The notes: generated from the letters alone by a model not told the origin. A stretch of 64,000 nt of DNA from Terriglobia bacterium (GCA_963664115.2 CAXWPJ010000010.1:192001-256000), one strand, 5' to 3'; shown: positions 25,069 to 35,895, counted from the first letter of the stretch. Numbers and translations are program-made.

Positions 25069-25668
25069 ATGCACCCATTAATTCTGATTTGCATGCTTAT
25101 CGTTGGTGTACCGCTTGGGGCACAGACGATCGACCTTTCGTCTCTGGAGGGCCTGAGGGAAAATGCGGATAACGTCGTTTCGGTGAGTATCGGTCCGGAA
25201 CTATTGGCGTTCGCAAACGCCTTCTTGTCCGATGAAGACGAGGAAGAGGCCGCGGCACTCCAAGTCACCGAGCGCCTTAAAGCCATCGAGGTTCGCGTTT
25301 TCGAGTTCAACGAGCCGGGGCAATACGACAATGAAGATCTCGACGCCGTCTGGAAACAGTTGGACGCTGACGGCTGGAATCGAATCGTTGAAATCGACCA
25401 AGAGGACTCCCAAACTGGTGTTTGGATGTACATGGAACCGGAAGTGGCAAGGGCCTCAGGAACGGTAGGTGGTATGGCTGTATTGGTCGAGGAAGACGAT
25501 AAAATCGTTCTAGTCAATATCGTTGGGTCCATCAGTCCCGCGGATCTCGCCGCTCTGGGTGCACAATTCGACTTGAGCGACTTAGCTGATCTCGCTGATC
25601 TTGGGAACGACGACGATGAGGAAAATGATGAAGACGACGATGCTGATGGTGACAACGAGAATGATTGA
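25069..25668 (+). CDS. DUF4252-like exported protein
   Basis: Signal peptide, LKAIEVRVFEF, VLVNIVGSI and an acidic tail. Confidence 0.65.
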   Translation: MHPLILICMLIVGVPLGAQTIDLSSLEGLRENADNVVSVSIGPELLAFANAFLSDEDEEEAAALQVTERLKAIEVRVFEFNEPGQYDNEDLDAVWKQLDADGWNRIVEIDQEDSQTGVWMYMEPEVARASGTVGGMAVLVEEDDKIVLVNIVGSISPADLAALGAQFDLSDLADLADLGNDDDEENDEDDDADGDNEND

Positions 25669-25785
25669 CGATTCTGTGGTTTTATCTGGCAGCCACGAAC
25701 GCCGTACCAACTCGACGCTAAGTCGCGGGGTTTAGAGGACCACTCAACGTACTCGATGGTTCCTTCCAGAGAATGTGAATTCTCA

Positions 25786-25813
25786 ACGTCCGAGAAGATG
25801 ATTTATCAGGGCT
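25786..25813 (+). repeat. dif-like site A3 followed by a kinase C-tail remnant (25826-25885, minus strand)
   Basis: acgtccgagaa-gatgat-ttatcagggct, then the reverse complement of QINIVLNWFEELKERVPVP*. Confidence 0.85.
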
Positions 25814-25922
25814 TGACCCCGAAAATCACGGCACCGGCACCCGTTCCTTCAGTTCTTCAAACCAGTTCAGGACGATGTTGATTTGGCTGACACATGCGGC
25901 CTTCTGGTTCGAGTCGGCTGCC

Positions 25923-27824
25923 TCACTCTGCCGTACCCTCGCTGTCCGGTAGTGTGTGAGCAATGGCCAACGCCGCCCACCCCGTTCCAGCCGCCGAGAT
26001 CCACTGATTTCTGCCAAACGGAAAACCACTCTCGAAGTAGATCTGGCTGGGAAAAGCCCGCGTTTGCACGAACCACGCGCCATCCTGATACTGGCTGGCG
26101 AGCAGAAACGCTATACCTCGGCGGTACGGCTCTCCAATAACCGAGGCGCCTGCCTCGTGCAGGGCGAAGAGGGAGAGTCCAGTGGCATATGCGTCGGATT
26201 CCAACTGAGTCAGTTGCGACCAACCTCCATCGGCTCTCTGCTCCGCCAGGATCTCGTTCATTGCTTCTATGACTGTGGCTTGAGGCGCGCCCGCCGAGAC
26301 TAACCCCATGAGCCGCATGGCCCGTTCTTCAGCCGATGACGCCTCTACAGATACCAGCCAGTCTTGTGCCTTCAGAAGGGCACGCTCGATCTCTATCTGA
26401 CGGCCCGGGATCGGATAGAGCGTTAATCCCCGTAAGGCCATCGCCGTATGGCTGACGGTGCTGTATTCCATTGGTGGCCGGTTAACGCCGTTTCCAAGCC
26501 AACTCCCATCGGGCATTTGTGAGGCAAGGGCCCAATGGATCGCTGATGCTGTTACTTTGTTCAATGGATAGTTCTCTGCCGCCAACGCCATCAGGCCATA
26601 ACCGAGCGTCATAGCGTGCCCACCCGGCACTCCCCCTTGTCCCTGCATCATCCCGGGCGAGGCTCGCTGCAGAACGGCCAGTATGTCGTCAAGATTTTCT
26701 TGGGCAAGCTCTTCATTCACGGCGATGCCCTTCGTACGGGCCTCGGCAGCTGCCGAGGCAGGTAGCGTGTTGTGGTGACAGGTGTAGCATGCACGTCGTT
26801 CATACATTAGTGGAGTGGATCGCAGCAACAAACGGACACTCCTAGTGACTGAAACGCGAGCATCTGAAATGCCTCGTGGGTCTGGAGGCGGGAACCCCTC
26901 TCGCCGTGGACCCGCACCTCGCTCCGCACCATACTCCTCCAGTATGTCTATCTTGTCTTGATCGGACCTGTATATAGCCCAATCGAGAGGCCGCTCTCCT
27001 TCCGTGCTCTCTGCGTTCGGATCGGCTCCATTCTCTAGCAAGACCTCTAAGGTCTCTCGTCCCGCGAGTTCGGAGGAGGCGGCAGTCATCAAAGGTGTTC
27101 TCTGGTACGACGTTCGATTGACCGCATTGACGTCGGCACCCATCGCAATCCAGCTGCGAATCAAATCGGGTTCCTGCCAATTCGTCGCCCTATCCAAAAT
27201 ATTGTCGGGAACGTTAACGCCTCGCGACATTAAGTAGTCAATAGCGGGCTTGTAGGGACGTCTAAAAAACGCGGCATTCGGGGCTTCAGGTTCGAGATCG
27301 TTCTCCACCAGGAAGCGAACCACATCAACATCGGCGGTGCGGGCCAGAGAGAACGCGTCTTCGCCAGTGTTGTCTTCCGCGTGAATGTCGGCTCCACTGT
27401 CAACGAGCAATTGGAGCAGGTCTGCAGTCAAGGGGTAAGCAGACGCAATGAGGGCAGGCGTTCTGCCTAGGTTGGATTGGGCGTTGACGTCGGCTCCATG
27501 CTCGATCAGCAAGCGAACCTTGTCAAGATTAGGCACGGCCCACATCAGGGCACTCGCCCCCGTCTGATCTGTCACGTTTGGATCTGCGCCGTCGTCTAGT
27601 AATACTTCAACAGACACCACATCAGCAAACAGGACGGCGAGCATCAGGACGGGTGTGCCGTCTTCATCCACGATATTGGATTCAACGCCACTACGAAGCA
27701 GTCGCTCGATTTCGGCAGAGTTCGCCCTTTGCACTGCCTCAATAAGCGACTCTTCTGGATTGTTGGTCTGCGCAAAGAGAGTCGCAGTCAGGAGCGTAAT
27801 AAACAACAGGCGAGCGAGACGCAT
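25923..27824 (-). CDS. Exported ankyrin-repeat protein with a CxxCH motif and prenyltransferase-like alpha-barrel repeats
   Basis: Signal peptide, GADPN/GADVN ankyrin repeats, CYTCHH, and QMPDGSW, QRADGGW, QYQDGAW. Confidence 0.85.
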   Translation of the reverse strand: MRLARLLFITLLTATLFAQTNNPEESLIEAVQRANSAEIERLLRSGVESNIVDEDGTPVLMLAVLFADVVSVEVLLDDGADPNVTDQTGASALMWAVPNLDKVRLLIEHGADVNAQSNLGRTPALIASAYPLTADLLQLLVDSGADIHAEDNTGEDAFSLARTADVDVVRFLVENDLEPEAPNAAFFRRPYKPAIDYLMSRGVNVPDNILDRATNWQEPDLIRSWIAMGADVNAVNRTSYQRTPLMTAASSELAGRETLEVLLENGADPNAESTEGERPLDWAIYRSDQDKIDILEEYGAERGAGPRREGFPPPDPRGISDARVSVTRSVRLLLRSTPLMYERRACYTCHHNTLPASAAAEARTKGIAVNEELAQENLDDILAVLQRASPGMMQGQGGVPGGHAMTLGYGLMALAAENYPLNKVTASAIHWALASQMPDGSWLGNGVNRPPMEYSTVSHTAMALRGLTLYPIPGRQIEIERALLKAQDWLVSVEASSAEERAMRLMGLVSAGAPQATVIEAMNEILAEQRADGGWSQLTQLESDAYATGLSLFALHEAGASVIGEPYRRGIAFLLASQYQDGAWFVQTRAFPSQIYFESGFPFGRNQWISAAGTGWAALAIAHTLPDSEGTAE

Positions 27825-27862
27825 TATTCCTCCTTATGGCCGAGCTTGGTGCTGAACTCCAT
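27824..27862 (-). pseudogene. Kinase N-terminal remnant / 12-aa leader peptide MEFSTKLGHKEE
   Basis: Matches the kinase start MESGTKLGH. Its stop overlaps the ankyrin gene start (TAATG). Confidence 0.7.
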
Positions 27863-27941
27863 GTTTAGTGTGTCGCTGAAAAACCGTGAAAAACTCGGTA
27901 AAAGATACTAGAGGAGTGAGTTAGGCGCTATCAAATTCTCA

Positions 27942-29220
27942 AGTCCTGAGAAACGAATTCAGATCAACCGGTCGATGCAACACCTGCGTTTAATGTCTCT
28001 GCCGGATTAGCGAAGTCCAGCGTCTCACGAGGTCGCCCGTTGAGCTTCCTTGCGATCATATCCAAATGCTCCTGTGAGTGAACCGACAAATCCGTCCCTT
28101 TAGGAAAATACTGTCGGAGCAAACCGTTCGTGTTTTCGTTCGAACCCCGTTGCCAGGGACTCCTCGGATCGCAAAAGTAAACGGCAATGTCGGTGGCCAG
28201 AGTGAACCGTTTGTGATTGGCCATTTCCAATCCGCGATCCCAGGTCAGTGTTTTATAGAGTTCGGTCGGGAGTTTGTCTGCGTGTTCGATCAGCGCGTTG
28301 ATGACGGTTTCGGTTTCCTTATTCGGAACCTTCACCCGCATCACGTACCGGGAGAAACGTTCGACCAATGTCGCAATGTAGGTGTTGTTCGAACCCGCTA
28401 TGAGATCCCCTTCCCAGTGTCCGGGGACCGCGCGATCTTCAACCGAAGCCGGGCGCTCACGGATCGATATCAGATCCGGGATCTGCCCGCCACCCCGGCC
28501 TTTGCGACTGGCATGCTGGGACCGGCGAATCGTGCGTTTGGTCCGTAGATGCTGTGTCAGTTCTTTCTTCAGAGCCCCGCGGGCCTGGATGAAAAGGCTG
28601 CGATAGATCGTTTCGTGTGACACGTAAAGTGACTCGTCGTCTGGATATTCGCGTTTCAGCCAACCCGCAATTTGTCGCGGTGCCCAATCCTCCCGGAGCT
28701 TCTCTTCGACGATCCCGCGTAAGCTGGGATAGCGGATCAGTCGACATCTCTTCGGGCGGTGAGCCCGTTCCCATGCGCGTTCATCCGCCTCCAACGCTCG
28801 ATAGTTATCATAGCCCCCATTGCGACCGATCTCCCGACTGACTGTGGAGGGTGTACGCGACAGCGACTCGGCAATTGAACGGATCGATCCCTTGGCGGCA
28901 ATGCCTCGGGAAATCTCTTCACGCTCGGCGAGGGTCAGCGCCCGCTTAGAGCGGCATCGTGTCCTGGGACAGATTCCACCATACGGTGCGATCTGACCAT
29001 AAACCGAAGAGCCCTCCTTTCCGAACACACGTCCGATCGCTTTCAGACTCTCTCCCCGCTGCCAGCGAATCCACACCTCGTCTATATCGGCGAGTGTGTA
29101 GCCTCGCCGCACCCGGTCTTTACTCTGTTTCTTCCGTCGTTTCTTACGCATACACTCCACCTCCTCCTTTTAGGTACAGTGTTGCATCGATCTGTTGAGA
29201 TCACCGACATTGTCGGACGT
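27942..29220 (-). repeat. Inverted partner site B1, split by IS30
   Basis: agtcctgagaa-acga|IS|gaca-ttgtcggacgt. Removing the IS restores the same spacer (acgaca) as B4. Confidence 0.8.
27957..29205 (-). mobile_element. IS30-family element (transposase 27964-29160)
   Basis: Motifs GHWEGDLI, TWDRGLEM and SPWQRGSNENTNGLLRQYFPKG. About 27-bp inverted repeats sharing tcgatgcaacac. Apparent 2-bp (GA) duplication. Confidence 0.92.
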
Positions 29221-29642
29221 TGAGAATTGCTTTGGCTTGATCAGAGCCTTCTCAGTCAATGTTTGCATGCAGTTGGGGCATTTGGCGGTCTCCAGAGCCC
29301 AAACATCTCCCTGCTGTTCGTAGCGCAGCAAATAGGTCTTACCGTTAGTCGTGCGAACCTTGAGGTACTCGGCGTCGGGTTCGAACCAACGGTTCTCGAC
29401 GGAAGCAATCTCGTAGGCTTCTTCGTGCAGAAGCACATAGGGAAGCGCGGATTCGTTGGTTAGCCACCCGCTACCTGTCGTGGACAACCTTGAAAACCTG
29501 CCCTCCTGAGTTGACGATGCCCTGCGGCACTTTGCCGTCCAGCCGTTCCAGAATTTCCCGCAAGGCCGTGGCGTTCCCTTCCATGCCAAGTGCAATCCAC
29601 GGAGGGAGTCGTCGCCCAGATTTAATCCCACGAGCCTCCAGG

Positions 29643-30512
29643 TCACAGAAGCCGCGCCAGATCCTGCGGCAGCGGTGATTCAAACCTTAGAAGTTCTGCA
29701 GACAACGGGTGCTTGAATTGCAGGGAACTAGCGTGCAATCCCAGTCGCTGGGCAGGATTCGTGCGGGCCTCATATTTGTGATCGCCGATGATCGGACATT
29801 CCGCATCAGCCAGATGCACCCGGATTTGATTGCGCCGACCCGTCTCTGGTGTCAGTTCGATCAACGCGCGGGTCCCGATTCGCTTCATCACCCGGTAATG
29901 GGTCACCGAATGGCGTGTCCGCTCGCTGGGAGGGGCGCTGTAGACCTTGAAGGGGCTGCTCTCATCCAGGTGTGACCTCAGCACGCCGTGGTCAGCCGGT
30001 GGATTTCCTTCCACCACTGCCAGGTAGCGTTTTTCGGCCTTGTACCAATGTGTTTGCAGCGCGTGCTTCGCCGCCTCCGTCTTCGCAAAAACCATTAGCC
30101 CGGACGTCTCGCGGTCCAACCGGTGGACGATCCACACCCGCTCCGGGCTCTGAGGATTGCCGCGGCGCACGTAGTCAGTTAGAAAGGCATAGGCTGTCTT
30201 GTCCCGTTCCGTCGCGTTGGCCATGCTCAGCAGATTCTCGGGCTTCTCGATGACAATTAGCGACGCATCCTCAAACAATACCTTCATTCCCGGTGGCAAC
30301 AGACCTTCTGCGCGTACCTCGCCCCTGGGGCGAATCGAAACCAAATCCCCGGTCTCCAGAGGGTGAGTCGAGCGTGTGATCGACCGACCGTTGACTTGAA
30401 CCGACCCGTACTTGAGCCACTGCCGCACCTTTGTCCTCTTCACCTCAGGGCAACAGGCAAAAAGAAAGGCCAGAAGTTCCGCAGGGTGTTCGACAGTGTG
30501 AGATGCGGGCAT
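29643..30512 (-). CDS. RluA-family pseudouridine synthase
   Basis: IVHRLDRETSGLMVFAK, TGRRNQIRVHLA, IIGDHKY and LGLHASSL. Confidence 0.93.
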   Translation of the reverse strand: MPASHTVEHPAELLAFLFACCPEVKRTKVRQWLKYGSVQVNGRSITRSTHPLETGDLVSIRPRGEVRAEGLLPPGMKVLFEDASLIVIEKPENLLSMANATERDKTAYAFLTDYVRRGNPQSPERVWIVHRLDRETSGLMVFAKTEAAKHALQTHWYKAEKRYLAVVEGNPPADHGVLRSHLDESSPFKVYSAPPSERTRHSVTHYRVMKRIGTRALIELTPETGRRNQIRVHLADAECPIIGDHKYEARTNPAQRLGLHASSLQFKHPLSAELLRFESPLPQDLARLL

Positions 30513-30678
30513 GACGCTGTGTTGCAGTGAAACAGGCTCCCGAAGCTATCAGGCAATCGGAGAACGCGACGCAGACGAAAGGCGGACCAGACCCTTGACT
30601 TCGCTCACGCCAACAGTCTAGCCGGTAACGAGGCTGGTGGCGATTCTGTCGGCGATTGGCAGGACAATCAAAGTCTCA

Positions 30679-30764
30679 AGTCCTGTTAAACGGTATTGTG
30701 TCATTTGAGAAATGCCTGAAATACGGGGGTTTTTCAACTTCCGACGAGATGATTTATCAGGACT
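30679..30764. repeat. Site pair B2 (30679-30706, degenerate) and A4 (30737-30764)
   Basis: agtcctgttaa-acggta-ttgtgtcattt, then acttccgacga-gatgat-ttatcaggact, then a kinase-tail remnant. Confidence 0.75.
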
Positions 30765-31170
30765 TGACCTTGGAAATCAGGGAACCGGCACTCGTTCCTT
30801 CAGTTCTTACGCCCAACAGGCGCTTTCACGCCACGAAAAACGCAGCCAATTCTCGGTGTGACAAAAACACAACGTCGTCGTCAAAGAGGTTGAGTGACAA
30901 TTTCCTCCACCATCCCACTCACGGGTGTTCGTTGTAATAGGGCACCCGCCATTTTTTTTGACGAAACACCATCGGGCCTCGATTATCTATCCCCTCTGTA
31001 CCGGGCGGAACGGCTTTTCGGCTTTCAGTCCTAAGGGGAAGCTGAGGGACGTCGCCCGGTACGCAAAAGCCTACCGCTCCTTTGTTCTTCTCTAAGTGTT
31101 GCGGCTCGTTGACAAAGCAGCATTCAGAATCGATTAAAATAGAAACAGGGACAAAAACACAAGGTGAGCC

Positions 31171-31425
31171 ATGAAGGATTATTGCACCTGCCGATTTCGA
31201 CGGACTGAGCGAGTCTTTCTGAGTGCGGGCCTCGTTTGCTGCTCGGACTGCGATAAGCCGGTCTGCTGTGCCGCTGTTGCTCTCGATAACGCAGAGGAAC
31301 CCCATGCGGCTGAAATCGCTTACGAAGAAAATTTCGTATGTTGGCGACACTGGGACTGCGTAGCGAATTTGGAAGTGACCCACTCAGCACCCGACAAGGC
31401 TACTCGGGAGGCCAACGCGGCGTGA
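31171..31425 (+). CDS. Small Cys-rich putative zinc-binding protein
   Basis: CTC, CSDC, CC and CWRH motifs. ATG follows ggtgag. Confidence 0.5.
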   Translation: MKDYCTCRFRRTERVFLSAGLVCCSDCDKPVCCAAVALDNAEEPHAAEIAYEENFVCWRHWDCVANLEVTHSAPDKATREANAA

Positions 31426-31703
31426 AAAGCGGAAGCGTTGCTGGGTAAGGTCACACAGCGGAAAGAATTGCCGATGCTTATGGCACCGGCACTCGTTCCT
31501 TCAGTTCTTACGCCCGCTAGGATCGAATCAATTCCAACGCTGATTGTACAGATCCCTCACTCGATCGCGTGGCCCCCCTCGACCGGCCACGGCTTCATTG
31601 CTATCTGCAAAGGCCTCTTATTTCGTCTATTCTCCTTCTTCAGCCCTGCAGTGAACGTCTTGAGATTTATACATTGGACCATTACTGAGCACGGGAAGGT
31701 TAC

Positions 31704-33899
31704 ATGATCCGAAATTTGTCCAAGAAAGCGATCGGCGTGAAACTGGCCGTCCTTCTTTCTCCGATCTGGCTATCGGCCCAGCGAAATCCCCAGGACACCG
31801 TTCAACGGGCGATCGCCCATTTTGTAGAGCAGGCTCCTGTTCTGGACGGAGTTCTCGACGATGTGGCTTGGCAAAACGCCCTCCCTCTCGTCGATTTCGT
31901 TCAGAGAGATCCGCAGGTGGGACAGCCCACCAGCGAGGGGACACAGGTTCGGGTCGTCTACACGGCACAGGCCATCTACTTCGGCTTTTTATGCCTCGAC
32001 CGCAGCCCGGATCAGATCGTGGCCACCGAGCGCCGGCGCGATGAGGACCTCAGCAAGGATGACAGCGTTGCCATCCTTCTTGACACCTTTTTGGATCGGC
32101 GCAACGCCTTCCTCTTTCGAACCAACGCGCTGGGAACTCAGTTCGATGCCCTGGTTACGGACGAGGGCCGTGACATCAACGTCTCGTGGGACGAGAGATG
32201 GGAATCGAGCGCGGTGCAGAACGACCAGGGGTGGATCGCCGAGGTCATGATCCCGTTCGAGTCACTCCGCATGAGGCAGGAGGAAACAGGGACATGGGGT
32301 CTCGAAATCGAACGCGTGATCCGCCGCAAAAACGAAGCAGCCTACTGGAATAACTTCGACCGCAACTTCCGGTTCGAGGACGTCTCTCGGGCGGGCCTCC
32401 TGGAGGGATTGGAGGAGGTGGAGATCGGCAACCGCTTCCGATTCAAACCATATCTATCGGCCGGCTTCGAGCAGACGCCCGGCTCAGGGGGCCGCACTGA
32501 AAAGAACAACCTTTCAGACATGGGCATCGAGGTCTTCAAATACCGGCCGACTCGCGCTCTGACCTTGGACTTCACGGTCAACACCGACTTCGCGCAGAGC
32601 GAGGTCGATGATCTCGTCACCAACATCTCTCGCTTCCCCTTGTTCTTTCCCGAAAAACGGGAGTTCTTTTTGGAAGGGGCGGGGATCTTCGAATTCGGGA
32701 CGGGACAGCGTAACTTCAATCTCTTCTTCAGCCGGCGCATAGGCCTTTCACCTGAAAGGGAATTGATCCCCATTGTCGGGGGTGCGAAGTTGACGGGCCG
32801 TGTCGGGGCTTACACGCTGGGAATCATCAACATGCAGACGGATTCCCACGAGGGTGCGCCCGGCCGCAACAACAGCGTTTTCAGGATCAAGCGCGATTTG
32901 TTCGGCCGCTCTTCGGTGGGCGCCATGTTCACCTACCGAGGGGCCGGAGAAGGCGGGGACCACAACCGGGTTTACGGAGTCGACGGAAATTTTGCCTTTG
33001 CCGAAAACCTGGACATCCAGACCTTCGTTGCCAAGAGTGAAACTCCCACGCTGATGGGCGACGACTGGGCGGCGTTTGGCCGCATCCGATGGGACAGCGA
33101 CTTTGTCTTGCTGGGGGCGGAGCATTTCCTGGTGCAAAGGAACTTCAACGCCGAGCTCGGATTCGTCCCGCGCCGAGATCAGCGCATGACGAGCATTCAG
33201 GCAGGCATTCGGCCTCGGCCTGACAGCGGCGTGATCCGGCAGTTCGTCTTTAGATCTCGTCTCGACCTCACGCAGAATCAGGAAGGCAAACAGGAGTCCC
33301 TGATCTATCACTTCTTTACCTTCGAGAGCATCTTTCAGTCCGGCGACAAGATCGTCTTCGACGCTCACCGAAAATCCGAACGCCTTTTCGATCCTTTCGA
33401 CATTCGGCCCGGAGAGATCTCGATCCCGGTTGGGACGTATCCCGGCTGGGACGCCGTGCTGTTCTGGGATGGGGCTCCCCAGCGCCGCATAGCGGGTCCC
33501 GGCCTCTTCCGCTACCGCTATGAGTGGGGTTTTTTCGGCGGGAGGCGAATCGAGCTACGGATCCAGCCCCAGTTCAAGCTCAGCGACGCCCTCTCCGTCG
33601 ACCTGAACTATGCCCTGAATGAGGTCGACATGCCGTGGGGAAATTTCTCCTCCAAGGTGGTGAACACCCGGATCAACTATGCTTTCTCGAACCGATGGCT
33701 GACCAGTGCCACGGTCCAATACAGCAACCTCGACCAACTGGTCAATTTCCGTTTTCGGCTCAACTACCTCTACCGTCCGGGAGATGACCTGTTCCTGATC
33801 TACAACGACGGGCGGATCGTCAACCTGGATGATCCGCGCGAAAACGCTTTGCTGGGCCGATCCCTCATCCTCAAATTCACGCGCTCGTTTGATTTCTGA
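31704..33899 (+). CDS. CBM9-like / DUF5916 outer-membrane protein
   Basis: APVLDGVLDDVAW, NTDFAQSEVD, FFPEKREFFLEG, FFSRRIG and a C-terminal Phe. Confidence 0.85.
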   Translation: MIRNLSKKAIGVKLAVLLSPIWLSAQRNPQDTVQRAIAHFVEQAPVLDGVLDDVAWQNALPLVDFVQRDPQVGQPTSEGTQVRVVYTAQAIYFGFLCLDRSPDQIVATERRRDEDLSKDDSVAILLDTFLDRRNAFLFRTNALGTQFDALVTDEGRDINVSWDERWESSAVQNDQGWIAEVMIPFESLRMRQEETGTWGLEIERVIRRKNEAAYWNNFDRNFRFEDVSRAGLLEGLEEVEIGNRFRFKPYLSAGFEQTPGSGGRTEKNNLSDMGIEVFKYRPTRALTLDFTVNTDFAQSEVDDLVTNISRFPLFFPEKREFFLEGAGIFEFGTGQRNFNLFFSRRIGLSPERELIPIVGGAKLTGRVGAYTLGIINMQTDSHEGAPGRNNSVFRIKRDLFGRSSVGAMFTYRGAGEGGDHNRVYGVDGNFAFAENLDIQTFVAKSETPTLMGDDWAAFGRIRWDSDFVLLGAEHFLVQRNFNAELGFVPRRDQRMTSIQAGIRPRPDSGVIRQFVFRSRLDLTQNQEGKQESLIYHFFTFESIFQSGDKIVFDAHRKSERLFDPFDIRPGEISIPVGTYPGWDAVLFWDGAPQRRIAGPGLFRYRYEWGFFGGRRIELRIQPQFKLSDALSVDLNYALNEVDMPWGNFSSKVVNTRINYAFSNRWLTSATVQYSNLDQLVNFRFRLNYLYRPGDDLFLIYNDGRIVNLDDPRENALLGRSLILKFTRSFDF

Positions 33900-34057
33900 T
33901 TTGAAAGATCAATGGACGCTAAGCACTCGGAAGCTGTCTGGAGCGAATTCTTTTCTGCAATGTTACAATCCATGCAACATCCTTAGTTTGAGGAGCTTCC
34001 AATGCTAGGTGTGATCGTGCTCGGATTTCACGGCTGTGGAGGCAAAAGAACGCCACT

Positions 34058-34294
34058 TCACGGCACCGGCACCCTTTCCTTCAGTTCTTCAAACAAATTG
34101 AGGACGATGTTGATGTCGGACTGGTCAGCGCCGGCGTCATCCTTGCCGTTCTTGATCATGAGAAACGGTTCGCCGTCAGCCCAAGCATCATAGAGCTGCC
34201 GGCCTGAATTTGGAGTGGGGTAGCTTCTTTCGAAGAGCATCTGGGGCCGGCCCGCCGTGAAGATCGCACCCGATTCCACCGGCGCGGCCATCAA
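34058..34294 (-). pseudogene. Orphan kinase C-terminal fragment
   Basis: YDAWADGEPFLMI...INIVLNLFEELKERVPVP. Confidence 0.75.
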
Positions 34295-35223
34295 TCCAGC
34301 GCGACTTCCTGAACCATCAGGAAGCGTTGGCCGTCGGCTGACACATCGTAGACGGGATAAGGCCCTCCGGCCCTCGACACGAAACCTCCTTCAAAAAGCA
34401 ACCTGGGAGTGCCCGCTGTAAAGCCGGGTTCCGTCTCGATGTCCACCGCCATCATCTGAAGGTCGTTCAGGTAGAACAACTCTCGCCCGTCTCGTGCCCA
34501 TTGGGGGTAGCCACCGCCTTCGGTCGATATCTGCCGCTTCCCTCCAGGTCCGGGAAACGGGAGCACATAGACTTCGTTGCGGCCTGACTCGTCCGAGACA
34601 TACGCCACCCAACGGCCATCGGGAGAAAACATTGCTACGAGCTCATTGAATGGCGTTTCGAGAAAGGGGCGCGGCTCCCGGTCGCCGTCCAAGGGCATCA
34701 TCCAGATGTCTCGGTCCCCATCACCTCCAAGGCCTGGACTTTGAAAAAAGGCTAGAAGTTGGCCGTCGGGGGACCAAGATGTGGGGTTCTGCCGGGGGGC
34801 CCCCGTCGTCAGCTGCTCTTCAGTGCCGCTCCCATCTGCCCTTTTCCAGAACAGGAAGTTATTTTCCTCTGGGATCGACCGATAGGCCACGTATTGCCCA
34901 TCCGGCGTCCATACGGGCTGATTCGACCCACCTGCAAAGGTCAGGCGGGTAAGCGTCTGTCGGGCAATGTCGAACAGCCAGATATCATCATCTGACATGA
35001 CCGCCACGCTCTGCTCATCCGGCGAAAGGCGGGGATATTGGTAATCGCGGGCCGCTGCCCCCATGGGTTCCGCGTTGCCCTGTCGATCCACCCAGACCAG
35101 TGTTTCGGTCCCCTCTAGTGGGCCCTGAGGCGAAGCGACGCCCGGGTCGTCTGCCGAACAACCAGAGCCGAGGCCGGCGGCTACAGCCGCGACAACCAGA
35201 ATTATCCACACATTGCTCATCAT
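34291..35223 (-). CDS. PD40/TolB-like beta-propeller lipoprotein
   Basis: Lipobox-like GSGC, SPDG/TPDG repeats, and clear similarity to the second propeller of the kinase at 56476-59145. Confidence 0.8.
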   Translation of the reverse strand: MMSNVWIILVVAAVAAGLGSGCSADDPGVASPQGPLEGTETLVWVDRQGNAEPMGAAARDYQYPRLSPDEQSVAVMSDDDIWLFDIARQTLTRLTFAGGSNQPVWTPDGQYVAYRSIPEENNFLFWKRADGSGTEEQLTTGAPRQNPTSWSPDGQLLAFFQSPGLGGDGDRDIWMMPLDGDREPRPFLETPFNELVAMFSPDGRWVAYVSDESGRNEVYVLPFPGPGGKRQISTEGGGYPQWARDGRELFYLNDLQMMAVDIETEPGFTAGTPRLLFEGGFVSRAGGPYPVYDVSADGQRFLMVQEVALD

Positions 35224-35515
35224 TATTGCCTCCTTATGGCTGATGATGCATGAGAACCGCCGCACAAACCCAGACTGACTCGAAAGCGACAACCTCCAGA
35301 GTCTCGAAGTAGTTCTGAAGCATGTCTATTCAATGCACTGGACCGATGTGATTCGATGAATGAGACTACAGGTAGCGTTTCAGGTCAATTGAAACAGTCA
35401 CATGGACGGTATGGGCACCATCCAGACATGTGGAATTGCTGCGGGTTTTGTTAGGGGTGTTTTGAGGAGGTTTTCGGGGAATGGAAAGCTGATTTGAGCG
35501 AGACAGCGGGGGTCG

Positions 35516-35895
35516 CTACGGCACCGGCACCCGCTCTTTCAGTTCTTCAAACCAGTTCAGGACGACGTTGATTTGGGGGCGGGAGGGTCCGTCGTCTACC
35601 TCGTCTGCCGGGAACACCATCACGAATTGTTCGCCGTTTGGAGTGATGTCGTAGTCCCTGAAGGCCGCAAACACCCGGAACCCTTCTATCGGAAGCGTCT
35701 GCTCGCCTCCAAATGCAAACTGAGGTTCGGTCGCAATACTGATCCTCATCAATCCTTCTGCGAAGCCGTCTACCGCTTGTGCTCCCCTACGATAGAACAG
35801 TTCCCCTCCATCAGTTGACCAGAGTGGGGCGTTACCCACCTCCTCAGTAACGCGGTACCGAACGCCCGTCGGAGGAAACGGTTGAACGTAGACCG
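35516..35895 (-). pseudogene. Orphan kinase C-terminal fragment
   Basis: PLWSTDGGELFYR...YDITPNGEQF...INVVLNWFEELKERVPVP. Confidence 0.75.

Noticed and set aside
29230-29640. ORF 29170-29646 as an intact gene
   Set aside because: It looks like a mosaic of fragments running into site B1 and the IS30 end, with no reliable start.
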